Shown here in pieces: positions 13,596 through 25,732 of a DNA stretch of 60,000 nucleotides. Source of the stretch: Callorhinchus milii (lineage: Eukaryota); assembly GCF_018977255.1 (NCBI RefSeq), contig NW_024704743.1, forward strand, positions 100,070,001 to 100,130,000, in the 5' to 3' direction. Position 1 is the first letter of the stretch. Each line of letters opens with the position of its first letter. The position numbers and the translations under genes are program-made. Under the pieces are notes generated by a model, which saw nothing but the letters and a program-made list of their open reading frames with translations, made no database searches and was not told where the DNA came from.

Positions 13596-15665
13596 TGACT
13601 ATTTATATGATGTGATAAGCCACTATATCAAACGCTGTTATTATTAATAATAAATGCTGTGCAATTCATAAGCCTTTTATTTACTTCACCCCAAAAGCCT
13701 CCATCACTTTTCTATCTCCAATGTTGAACTGCTAATAAATGAACTGTACATTAGCACGTTAAGTTCCCCCCCCCCCGCCCAATCAGATATATTGTCCACC
13801 ATTACTAGAATTTCAGTTCTGCCAGACCAACACTAAATGAGCAACCACATTTTTTAATTGCAAGTTGAAATTGTACATTTACAGTGAGGAGAAAACAATG
13901 AACCTACTGTTAGTATATTAGCAGGTTCATTCCACAATTTCATACACTGCAAATTCTGGATCACAGCCAGAATTTGTGGGGGGGGGCGGCGGGAGGAGAA
14001 AGAGTACAACAAAGGTTCAGAATTGTCGGTCTACCAGATGTCTGACCTTTTAAATGAGACATTAAAATTTAATGTGAACTCCAAGTTGATATCTTTTTGT
14101 TTGCTGATGCTGATACTGCAGGACACCTTCACACACCTTCATTGCAATGAGCAATAAGTCTCCAAAGTCATTTAGAGTTTCCTATTAGTTATGCTTAAGT
14201 TAAACAATCACATAGCCTTGAAATACTGAGAAAAGTACTTATGTATTCAATGATTTTGTTTATCTAAAGTTAATTCATATTAAGCTCTATTTAAGCAGCT
14301 GGAAACTAGCAGTCATGCTCTCCATCATTAATAATTCCTTTACATCCTTCAAAATCCTAGTACTGCAGCTCTACACTATTCTGTGTATTAAGTACGCGAG
14401 TTAACTCAAGATGAAAATTTCTTACATAACACAATCAAACCTAATCATCTTTTTCCCAACAATCTCTTTCTGTGTTACAAAGGGCCATGGATTGCAAACA
14501 ATTAACCAGATATCTGACTTTTAACAGAGACAATTTAAAATCTAGTGTGAACTCAAGAGCATGTCCTTTTGTTGGCTAATGTTCGATTTCTGCTGCACAT
14601 TTGCCAGGAATGGCCAAAATGTACATGCACTGAACACCAAAAGAGGGCATTTGTTCCCTTGACCATCCTGATTCAATGTGATGTGGACCAGGGAGGTATA
14701 AAAATTGGGCTTCCATTCTTTCCTGCTGGGAACAAAACCATTTCAATCCCAGCAGTTAACATTAAATCACATACTTTAAGCTAAATGGAGTATAAGAAAT
14801 GCATGCATTCAGGAAAGTATCCCACTGCTTTTTTTAAAAATCAAATTATATCTTGAATAACAGTATTTAAAAACAACTGAATAAGCTATCAGTGTCTGGT
14901 CTACTCTTGTCTACATTTTCTAGTAAAGCCAATATTATAGTGGTCAGTCACTCCATGGCTGTTTGTGGGATTGCTGTGCACAAATTGGCTCCCGTCTTTG
15001 CCAACAAAATACACACAGTCACACCACTTGAAAGTATATCCTGCGAAGCTCTTTGAGATGCCTCGACTATGTGATAAGGCTCTAGATCAAATGCACGGAT
15101 TATTATTTTTATTATTAAAAATGTAAAAAATGCCTACTCCTCCAAATGAAGATGCCATAGACAGATAATTAAACTGCACCCAAACAGAAAGATAAAACAT
15201 CACTCATCTTCCTGTTTGTTTATTAACTATCAACTAACAGCTAGTTTGTTGAATTGCGTATATCCATGGCACATGCAATGTATGTCTACATGGAAAGATA
15301 CACAAAGAATCCTAGGCAACATAATCTCAAACCATGAACAAATAGCAATACCAGATAGGGATTTTGCTTTAAAATTGCTTTTATATTTCAAAGGATTTCT
15401 AAATTCATAAATGCAAAAGATACCATGAAAATAAATATAGGGGTTTCTCAACAGATACACCTAGCCAAATACACTGGAAGACAAGCCCCAGCAGAAACCA
15501 GATAAGTTTCTACAGTTGCCAACAATTACCTGCAAAGTGCATTGAGATGTTTCAACATTACAAAAGGACGGACCTTTCCTTTTGAGTCATGAAGCTCCTT
15601 ACCACCTTCAGGCCCCAGGTAAAACTATGACACATAACCCCAACAGAGTACAAAGAAGTGTTGTA

Positions 15666-16650
15666 TAAGAGTTCATAGAATCACACAGCACAGAAGGAGG
15701 CCATTTGACCCATCGGGTCTGTGCTGGCTCTTTGAAAAGAGCTATCCAATTCAATCACACTCCCCCACTCTCTCCCCATAGCCCTGCAAACTTGACCTCC
15801 CCAAATAATTATCTACTTCTCTCTTAAAAGCTGTTGTCGAATCGGCTTCCACCACGCTTTCAGGCAATGCATTCCAGATCCGAACAACTTGTTGTGTAAA
15901 ACAATTTCTCCTCACCTCCCCTCTGTTTCTTTGAACAACTATTTTAAATCAGTGTCCCCGGGTTACCGACCCACTCGCCAGTGGAAATATTTTGCTTACG
16001 AGTCTCTTATGTGGCACTTTATCAAACGCCTTTTGAAAATCCATATAAACTCCCATCAACTGCACTACCTTCATCCACCCTCTCCGTTACTTCATCAAAA
16101 AACTCTTATCAAATTTGTTAGACATGATTTGCCTTTAACAAACCCATGTTGGCTGTCCTTTATTAACTCATATTTTTCCAAGTGAAAATTTATTTTGTCC
16201 TGGATTATAGTCTCCAGAAGTTTCCCAACTACTGATGTTAGGCTGACTGGCCTATAGTTCCCGGGTTTATCCTTCTGCCCCTTTTTGTACAGGGGAGTAA
16301 CATTTGCAACCCTCCAGTCCTCTGGCACCCTTTCAGTATCCAAGGAGGATTGAAAGATTGTGGCCAGAGCCTCCGCTATTTCCACCCTTGCTTCTCGCAA
16401 TAACTCAAGATGCATCCCGTCCGGACCAGGTGACTTATTTACCTTGAGTACCATCAACCTTTTTAGTACCTTCTCTTGGTTTTTTCTTTTCTAAGTTCTC
16501 TACCCTCTCCTCCAATACTGTGGCATTGGCTACATCTTCTTCTTTTGTGAAGACAGATGCAAAGTACTCATTCAGTACATCAGCCTGCCCTCTGCTTCGC
16601 AAGACAATTTCCTCTTTGGTCCCTAATTGGACCCACCCTACCTTTGACTA
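15666..16650 (-). mobile_element. CR1-clade LINE fragment with a large internal deletion
   Basis: KSPGPDGMH...VPEDWRVANVTPLYKKG...NYRPVSLTSVVGKLLE...SQHGFVKGKSCLTNL, then a jump to the CR1 3' end (atggcctccttctgtgctg). Confidence 0.9.
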
Positions 16651-17559
16651 AATTAAGTTGTACAGGACAGCGCAGGAAAAGGAAGACCTGTGAAACCTCA
16701 CAATTGAGATAAAACAAAATGACAAAATCTTTTCTGACTGAGCTAAATGATCTGATTGACCAAATAAGTCATATGGTCTGGCGCTAGGCAACTGTATTTG
16801 AGTGATGTGCAACAAGCAGTAGGTGCCCATGAGATGGTTTCTTCTACAGTCATGCGGGTAGTAGTCTGGACCTCCATTAGCATCACCTTAACCAAATAAT
16901 CTATGACCGAATAATCTTGGTCCAAGGGATGAAGCACAAAAATAGGTGATAACACACGTTTGGGCAAAAAGGTCCTTCGACCCATTTGATCACATCCTTC
17001 CAAAATATCCAACTTACCTTGCTCCTATCACAGCATCAAGCTGTTTTTTTTAATATAAAAACTGTGCCCTGGCCTCAACCGCCCTTCCTGATAACAGGTT
17101 ACAGTTGTTAATTACCCTCTGGATAAATAAATATTTCTGGAGTCAACTAACAAACCGTAGACCCCTCATTTCAGCTCTTTCAACTTCCCCTTTGGCCAGT
17201 TCTATCCTATCCATTTGGTTCACATCTCCTATTCTTCTTACCCATACCCAACACCTTACATTTATCTGTACTGAATTTTGCCATTCATCAGCCCATGTGC
17301 GTACCCTATCAAGCTCAGTAAGACCTTTGCTGCTTCCGCTAATTCCATAGTTTTCCCCAATTTCATCTTCCCCCACCCCTCTCCCTTGCGCAGCACCTGA
17401 ACTCTTCTTGTAAAGCACTCCGAGATGTTACTCTGCAGTTTATGTGAAGGGCATGTGAATGTAAAATGTAAATTGTCCGCAAATGTAACTACATTGCATG
17501 AGGTCATTCATGAATACAAGGAACAGATCCCTCAGGCACCCTGTCTAATACCTCACATT

Positions 17560-18166
17560 GCAGGCCACCAAGACCCTCATACACGCATTCATAACTGCAC
17601 ATACTCCCTGCTTGTCGGCCTCTCCAACTCCTCCTTCCATAGGTTGCATAGTATCCAGAACTCTGCAGCCCCATATCCTCCCCCTCACCAGACTCCATGA
17701 CCCCATCAACCCCATTCTCGCCTGACTCCACTGGCTTCCCATCACACAGAGAAAACAGTTGAAGATCCTGGTCCTCATCTTCAAATCCCTCCATGGCCTT
17801 GCTCTCCCCTACCTCTGCGACTTTCTAAGCCCCTACCAACCTGCTCGCTCCCTCCGCTCAGCGGACTCCGGCCTGCTTCACATCCCCCGCCTCGCTCGCC
17901 CCATCATTGGTGGGCGGGCCTTCTGCGACTCTGCCCCCACCCTCTAGAACTCCATCCCGCAATCCCTCTGCCTCACCGGCTCCCTTGCCTCCTTCAAGAC
18001 CTATCTCAAGACCCTCCTTTTCGACGGTGCCTTTGGTAACCCTCCTTCCCCCCTGTTCTCCACCCTCCCTGACCCCCAGCTTGGGTCCAAAACACTGATT
18101 GTCCAACGCCTTGGAATGTCCTCCCGATGTGGAAGGCGCTGTACAAATGTAATTTTGTTGTTGTTG
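17560..18166 (+). mobile_element. L2 LINE 3' fragment
   Basis: IQNSAA and KILVLIFKSLHGLA motifs plus the L2 tail. Confidence 0.9.
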
Positions 18167-18698
18167 CTGTACTTCCCTGACTCTTTCAGGGTGCTTTCAG
18201 CTGCTCTAACAGGACAGCATTGCTGATTTGGCTTTCCACTGATACCTTTGACCTGGTTCTCAAATGGTACTATACTGCCTAAATGCTAAATACAGAATCA
18301 ATCACACTTCCTGTTCGTACAAACACCAGGAAACAAATGATTCCCAAAAAAGATTCTGGATTGAATGTTGCATTTTATGTGAAGATCTTTTTTTAAAAAG
18401 ATGCATTGGAACAGTTCTGTGGTATTAATATTGTGGACTTCCTCGCCTGATAGATACCGCTAAAACTTTCTTGCCTGTCTTTGCCTTGCATGTTTAAAAG
18501 CATCAGACAAAGAACTCCAGAGGTGTGAACAATCTGATTCAAATAAACATGTCTAGAAATTGCATCCACCTCAATATTTTACCAATTATATTGATTGGTT
18601 ACACCACTTCCATTTTTATTTTAATATCAGGTTTCAGCACAATACGTTAGCCCCTCTCTGTTAGCCCTTAAAAGCTTCTCCCTCCCAACATGCCCCAG

Positions 18699-18832
18699 TT
18701 CTGATGGAGGGCCGTGCACCCAAAATGGTGACTCACTTCCCTTTCTCCGTAGCTGCTGCCTGACTTTCTGAGTAGTTCCCACCGAATTCTGTTTTTGTTT
18801 TCAGATTTCCAGCATCTGCAGCATTTTGCATT
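18699..18832 (+). mobile_element. Penelope-like terminal repeat remnant
   Basis: Homologous to 25630-25732, plus tcagatttccagcatctgcagc. Confidence 0.6.
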
Positions 18833-19445
18833 TTGATCAGCACAGTATTGCTGTCTAACACAAAAAAATAAATTGGAGAACTTGCTAACCAAGTTGGTGC
18901 GATAGAACTGTGTTTGTGGATAACAATTTATCCAGATGCTTTAGCAACCATCCTTTTTGACTATGTGGGTACTCATTTAGTACCTTCTCCACCCAAATTA
19001 CCTCACCACGATTGTAGCTTAAACAAAAAAAATCCTAGAACGACAAAGTAACCAGCCATTCAAATTAGTCACAAGCTTCCCTCAAAGGCCTAATGAGCTA
19101 AGATTATCCAGCGTGTGTTTATCGTCGTCACGCCTAGCCTTTGGAACTCCTTCTCTCCAGCCCTGGCCGCACCCCTTCTAATCTTAAATCCTGTCTTAAA
19201 AAAAAACTATCTCTTCGAGTGTATTTAGGGTCGCCTCCCCTGCATTGTGACCAACCCTGTCCTTGTGAAGGACTCTGAGACAATATCCTGTGTGAAGATA
19301 GAAACAGGAGGACAACCTTCAGTGAGTCGAGCCTTTCCCACCATTTTATGAGCTCATGGCAGATCTATTAATCCCATCTCCCCACCCTTTCTTCATATCC
19401 CTTAATTCCAGAATTGTGTTTGTAAACATCTCAATTGTTTCTGCT

Positions 19446-19766
19446 TATAATAATAATAATTCTTGCATTTTGATATAGCGCTTTTCACGTCGGGAGGACG
19501 TCCCAAAGCGCTTCACAGAACACACTGTAAAGTGAATTAACTGTATATTTGTGGGCGAATGCGGCAGCCAATTGCGCACAGCGATGTCCCACAAACAGTC
19601 GTGGATTGAAAATGACCAATTTATTATTGGTTTTGGTTTTGGAGGGATTATTATTAGGCGTGTGGAGTAAGGAAACTTGCCCAAGGTTTCGCCCTCTGCC
19701 TGGAATTGAACTCAGGTCTCTTGCTTGCAAAGCGAGTGCTCTAACCACTGAGCTACAGGACTCCAC
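19446..19766 (-). mobile_element. Young tRNA-headed SINE (full length)
   Basis: Near-identical reverse complement of 491-817. Confidence 0.95.
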
Positions 19767-21262
19767 GCTTCTATGGCCTTCTGAGGCAGTCCAACCACAT
19801 CCTCACAACCATCTGTGTGAAGGCATATTCTGGTTTCACCTAACCAGCTAACCTCTAACTTTAAGATTAAGTGCCTTTGTTTTGTCTCCCTCCAGCAGAG
19901 TTGAATCATTCCTCATCTGATCAATACCCCGATTTGAAATACTTAAATCAGATCACCCCTTTGTTCACATTAAGAAATATAACCCAAGTTGACCCAGCCT
20001 CTTCATCATAACAAAACACCTTGATCACACATATGAATCACTGTTGAATACCTGCTATGTCTGGCACAGTATATTTGGTGCAGCAATCAAACTGAACACA
20101 AATAAAGTCTGACTTGCATCTGCACAACTGCAGCAGCATTTTTTTGCTTTCACATTCTAGACAACACATTTATAAAGCCCCACATTCCATTAGCCTTCAG
20201 TTTGTTTTCCACATCACAAACAAGTATTATCAGTCGAGCAAGTCATAGGTTTGAATGAGAATGTGCTGTTAGCCAATCTCTGCCAGGGAAAAGAAAAACT
20301 TTAGAAAGAAACACCCCATAAGACAATGCACTACATTAAAATCTGGGAAGAAGGATTAGCCAAGAGGGGAGGCTGGGTAAACTTGGATTACATGTGGGAT
20401 CATAACAATTGGTCTTCAAGAAATTTGGGCTATGGAGACTGGAAGAGAAATTATGCTTCCTGATGGTTTTCGAGAAACCTACTAAAGTTTACATGTGTGG
20501 ACATCAAGTGAGAACAGGATCAGGCGCAGCTGTGATACCACCTACATTTTAGGCTCAGCTGAAGGAGGATGACAATTTGGATAGAAACAGAAGGACTGTC
20601 AGCCACCCACACCTCAGGTGTAAACCCTCGACTGGCCAAAATTTGGGGACATCCTCATGAAAGGCACAATACAAATGCAATTTGTTTGCCGTATATGTTC
20701 TTCTCCTGTGCTGTAAATTTCTATGGTTCTATGAATCATTTTACGGAACATTTCTTCGGAAAGCTTCAATTAGTTTACGAGCAAAACACGAACAGCTCAA
20801 TGGTCTGATGAAAACAATGGACATGTGATTGAGAACAAGACCGTAGCCAAGCTACAGCGAGGACAACAGTGAAGTCCTACACCACCCTGACTAACAGCAT
20901 CTTGACATGGGGCTCTTGAGCCATCAGGACAGACCGCGCAGAATGTCAGTGTTTTTCTCAAAGGAATATTCCAATTGGGAGTTTCAAGAGTGGCTTTGCC
21001 TTCGTGCTCGACAGATGGGAATTTATCATCGAGTTGGATAATGTTAATCTACTCACAAAGCTCAAAACCCTGGACATTTCTGGCAGATGAGTTGTCCCAC
21101 TCAAGTCATCTACCGGTTTAATTCAAGGCTACTTCATATCTTCAAAATCAACCCCAGTGACTGGCGTTGGAACTGCTCAAGAAGATTTAGCCATGTGGCA
21201 GTCAGTAGAGTAAATCATTGCCCCGACATTTAAATAAAACATGGAAAAGATCAGAAGCTGAT

Positions 21263-21316
21263 GGGGAGGGGGTGGGGAGGGAGGGAGGGGAGGGAGGGAG
21301 GGAGGGGGAGGGGAGA
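21263..21316. repeat. (GGGA)n purine tract, G-quadruplex-capable
   Basis: Many consecutive G3-G5 runs. Confidence 0.85.
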
Positions 21317-21540
21317 GAAACGGGAAATCAACAATTTAAAGTGCAATGGTAGATCCCAACGTGCAGATTAATAAGTTGTTTGACAAAATTCAATAAGACA
21401 TCGGAATTTAATATCATAAATACGCGACAGTGGCTTCACACGCTCTGCGCACTGTGCGACTTGAGTGCCATTTTCTCAGCACCACAAACCTTAGTGACTG
21501 ACTGTCAGGACCAGTGCTGCTCACCCGCTCTCAGTCACAC

Positions 21541-21612
21541 ACTGACTGACTGACTGACTGACTGACTGACTGGACACATTGCGCCTGTGTCCAGGACTGA
21601 CTGACTGACTGA
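21541..21612. repeat. (ACTG)n microsatellite interrupted by a short hairpin
   Basis: Direct reading of the sequence. Confidence 0.9.
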
Positions 21613-21700
21613 GTGAGTGGGTGAGAACACAGCCGAGCACTGGGAGGCTGGGAGAGCCCGGCCAGACCTGCTGCTGCCAGCTCCCAACAGGGGAGCCCAG

Positions 21701-21775
21701 CCACCAGCACCAGCACCACCACCACCAGCAGCACCACCAGCAGCAGCAGCACCACCACCAGCAGCAGCACCACCA
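21701..21775. repeat. (CAC/CAG)n trinucleotide repeat
   Basis: ccaccagcaccagcaccaccaccaccagcagc... Confidence 0.9.
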
Positions 21776-21904
21776 TACACACTGTCCGCAACCCTCACTT
21801 CAAAGCCACTTCCAATGGGAGGAAACGAGGAAAAGAGGAGAGGAGAGGGGAAGAGACATCATCCTGAAAAGCGGGCTTCTCTACACACATACATTTGTAA
21901 TGGA

Positions 21905-21905
21905 T

Positions 21906-21936
<31 letters not shown>

Positions 21937-21955
21937 ATATATATATAACATATAA
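21905..21955. repeat. (CA)n(TA)n microsatellite
   Basis: Direct reading of the sequence. Confidence 0.9.
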
Positions 21956-22085
21956 ACACAGCATAACATAGCAACCGGCTGCAATGCCAATGCATGGCAG
22001 TGGCGGAGGGAGAGGAAGGGGGACCGTTAGCCGGCGCAGGGCCAGGCAGGATAGCCCCGGTGCAGGTTCTCTCTCGCTCTCTCAC

Positions 22086-22230
22086 CTTGTGTGGCTCTCG
22101 GTCGGTCGGGCGGTGCCGGGCGGTGTGTGGGTGGCGGTGTGTGGGTGCGGCTGAGGCTCAGGCGCTGTTACTTTGTGTCGCTGCCCCGCGCGCCACCAGA
22201 CAGACTGACACATTGAAGCCCGAACCTTGG
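22086..22230 (-). other. Putative non-coding first exon (5' boundary approximate)
   Basis: Strong donor CAAG|GTGAGA at 22086/22085 inside the CpG island. Confidence 0.6.
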
Positions 22231-22285
22231 CCGCGCCGCCCACGTGACTCTCCGGCCTCGCCTCCCCGCCCGAGGAGCCGCCGCC

Positions 22286-22304
22286 CGCCTCCAGGGGGCG
22301 CTGC
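22286..22304 (+). promoter_or_regulatory. CTCF-binding motif
   Basis: CGCCTCCAGGGGGCGCTGC closely matches the CCNCNAGGGGGCGC core consensus. Confidence 0.65.
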
Positions 22305-22342
22305 GCCGCACCCGCCGCACACTCCCTGCAAGGAACCTGCAC

Positions 22343-24325
22343 CCCCCCCCACCCCACCCCCCATCACCCCCCACCCCATCACCCCCCCACCCCAACCACC
22401 CCACCCCCCCAACCACCCACCCCCATCACCCATCACCCCCCACCCCATCACCCCCCCACCCCACCCCCACCCCATCACCCCCCCCCCACCCCATCACCCC
22501 CCACCCCCCCCCCCATCACCCCCCATCACCCCCCCCACCCCCCCACCCCATCACCCCCCCACCCATCACCCCCCCCACCCCCCACCCCATCACCCCCCCA
22601 CCCCATCACCCCCCCACCCCATCACCCCCCCCACCCCATCACCCCCCACCCCCACCCCACACCCCCCCCACCCCCACCCCCCCCCCCCCATCACCCCCCC
22701 ACCCCATCACCCCCATCACCCCCCCACCCCATCACCCCCCCACCCCATCACCCCCCCACCCCATCACCCCCACCCCCCACCCCATCACCCCCCACCCCAC
22801 CCCCCCCCCCCATCACCCCCCCCCACCCCATCACCCCCCACCCCCCCCCACCCCATCACCCCCACCCATCACCCCCCCACCCCATCACCCCCACCCCATC
22901 ACCCCATCACCCCCCACCCCCACCCCATCACCCCCCCACCCCATCACCCCCACCCCCCCCCCCACCCATCACCCCCACCCCATCACCCCATCACCCCCCA
23001 CCCCACCCCCCCACCCCCCACCCCCACCCCATCACCCCCCCCCACCCATCACCCCCCCCCACCCCACACCCATCACCCCATCACCCATCACCCCCCCACC
23101 CATCACCCCCCCACCCCATCACCCCCCCCCACCCCCCCATCACCCCCCCACCCCCCATCACCCCCCCACCCCCATCACCCCCCCACCCCATCACCCCCCA
23201 CCCCAACACCCCCCCACCCCACCCCAACACCCCCCACCCCACCCCATCACCCCCCCCACCCCATCACCCCCCCCCATCACCCCCCACCCCATCACCCCCC
23301 CCCCATCACCCCCCCCACCCCCCCACCCCATCACCCCCCCCCCATCACCCCATCACCCCCCCCCCATCACCCCCCCCACCCATCACCCCCCCCCCCCATC
23401 ACCCCCCCCCCACCACACCCCATCACCCCCCCCACCCATCACCCCATCACCCCCCACCCCATCACCCCCACCCATCACCCCCCCCACCCCATCACCCCAT
23501 CACCCCCCCCCACCCCATCACCCCATCACCCCCCCCCACCCCATCACCCCATCACCCCCCCACCCATCACCCATCACCCCCACCCCATCACCCACCCCAT
23601 CACCCCCCCACCCCACACCCCACCCCATCACCCCCCCACCCCATCACCCCACCCCATCACCCCCCCCACCCCATCACCCACCCCCCCACCCCATCACCCC
23701 CCACCCCAACCACCCCACCCCCCATCACCCCCCCACCCCAACCACCCCATCACCCCCCACCACCCCATCATCCCCCCACCCCACCCCCCCATCACCCCAT
23801 CCCCCCCCCACCCCATCACCCCCCCACCCCAACCACCCCACCCCCATCACCCCCACCACCCCATCACCCCCCCCAACCACACTCCCTGCAAGGAACCTGC
23901 ACTTGCCCCCCCCCCCCCCATCACCCCCCACCCCAACCACCCCACCCCCCCCATCACCCCCCCACCCCATCATCCCCCCAGCCCAACCACCCCACCACCC
24001 CATCACCCCCCCCACCCCATCACCCCCCCCACCCCAACCACCCCACCCCCCCATCACCCCCACCACCCCATCACCCCCCCCCAACCACACTCCCTGCAAG
24101 GAACCTGCACTTGCCCCCCCCCCCCATCACCCCCCCACCCCAACCACCCCACCCCCCCATCATCCCCCATCACCCCCCCACCCCAACCACCCCACCACCC
24201 CATCATCCCCCCCCAACCACACTCCCTGCAAGGAACCTGCACTTGCCCCACCCCAACCCCCCATCACCCCTCCCACCCTCCCACCCCACCCCATCAACCC
24301 CCCACCCCCCCCACCCCAACCATCT
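22343..24325. repeat. C-rich satellite of degenerate (CCCCATCACCCCCCA)n / (CCCCA)n units
   Basis: About 2 kb made almost entirely of C runs separated by A, ATCA or AACCA, with almost no G. Confidence 0.97.
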
Positions 24326-25629
24326 CAAACCCATTCATCCTCTGAGTGAAAATATGCCTTTTAAAATCTACTCTCCATGTTTAAGTAGTCCTAATGTATG
24401 ACATGGATAATCATCAAATAATAATTTTCATTTAGCATATATAACCGGTTTAATAAAATGATATATTGATTATAAATTAAGCCAATGTTATTATGAAAAC
24501 AGACACAGCTGCTAAATTGCACCAGCATAAATAATGGGATACGCAGCCAATTAAACAGAATTTCTGGGTGTGAATTCAGATGAGGGAGTGCAATAGATGA
24601 GGGCAACTGTGTGTGAGTTCTCTCTTTTCTTTGGAATAGTCCCTTAAATCACAGCTTCAATTGTAAAACAGAAGGAACCTTGGTTTACCAATTCATTTTA
24701 AAAGGGGATAATGATGTCAAATCTTGAATGCATATACTGAAAAAGTTACTTTGAAGTGTAGTCAATGTAGCAACAGAGGCAAACATGAGAGCAAACCTGT
24801 GCAAACAGCATCTACAAACAGCATCTACAAACAACAATTAGATATATTATGCATCTATTTTTAATTTATTTGGAGAAATCTGGGTGATAGGCCAAAAATC
24901 ATTTGTTAATATGATAACAAAGGTTGTCAAGAACAAGAGATCAAACAGGATTAGAGATTAGAAAAACTGCTTTTCCCAGAGTAGTGGATGTGTGGAACAA
25001 ACTTCCAATAAAAACATTATCGGCAGTGTTGATTAATTCATTGAAAACAACAAAACCTATTTGCACTTACATAGCACCTTGCACAAAGAGAGAACATCTT
25101 ATAAAGGTGGAGTGGGAACCCAAACTGGGAGGGAATAGTGGAGGATAGAGGGAGAGGTGACTGAAGGCATAACTAAAGAGGTAAATCTATAGATGGGGTG
25201 TGAAAGTAGGCAGAAGTGGGGGAATGTGGAGAGATTTTGAAAGAGAGTTCCAGAGGATGAGGCCAAGGTTAGTGACTTTGACCAGGACTGTCTGAGTGCT
25301 ATGGGTAAGGTGGAAAACCTGAATAAAATATCTGTTTGAACTGTTTTAGTGGGTATAGCATTAGCTCGTAGACATGTGGGAATGAATGGACATTTTGGGG
25401 TTCCAGGAGATTATGTGCAGAACTTTCTCTTAGGAGACAGAAATCCATAATAAGATTGTTTTTTGCAAAGGTGTGTGCAAGCAGGTGGTATACTGGATCA
25501 TCTTATTTTATTGCAAGCTTTCTTTATTTCCTTCTTAATATAAAAGGTGTTGTGAAAGTAAGATTAAATGTTTTAAAAGGCTACTAATTGTAGGAAGGGA
25601 AGGCCGAAGTAAGAAATATATATTTCTTA

Positions 25630-25732
25630 GTTCTGATGAAGAGTAGTGGACCTGAAATGTTGACTCACTTTCCTTTCTCCATAGATGCTGCCTGACCTCC
25701 TGAGTGTTCCCAGTGACTTCTGTTTTTTTGTT
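25630..25732 (+). mobile_element. Penelope-like terminal repeat remnant
   Basis: ctgatgaa...cctgaaatgttgact...atagatgctgcctgacctcctgagtgttcccag; a second copy lies at 18699-18832. Confidence 0.6.

Larger units (their letters stand above)
21990..22340 (-). promoter_or_regulatory. CpG-island promoter of a minus-strand gene (possibly LPIN2 by synteny)
   Basis: The only clearly CpG-dense non-repeat stretch in the window. It has GC boxes (22264-22271, 22281-22286), E-box CACGTGAC (22241-22248) and a CTCF-like motif. LPIN2 lies next to the MYOM1 3' end on the same strand in human; the identity here is inference only. Confidence 0.7.

Noticed and set aside
1..21500. LPIN2 coding exons
   Set aside because: No lipin-like peptide is recognisable in the ORF track or by eye, so no gene symbol was assigned to the promoter.
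21617..21971. Poly-His/Gln and poly-Pro/Ala ORFs resembling transcription-factor tracts
   Set aside because: They are translations of a (CAC/CAG)n microsatellite and run into (CA)n(TA)n repeats.
22318..24246. CRISPR-like repeat-spacer array (25-bp repeats)
   Set aside because: The context is eukaryotic, the spacers are irregular low-complexity tracts and there are no cas genes.
21994..24349. 783-aa and 701-aa Pro/His/Thr-rich ORFs (extensin-like)
   Set aside because: They are an artefact of the C-rich satellite, which almost never produces stop codons on the plus strand. More than one frame is open and there is no domain signal.
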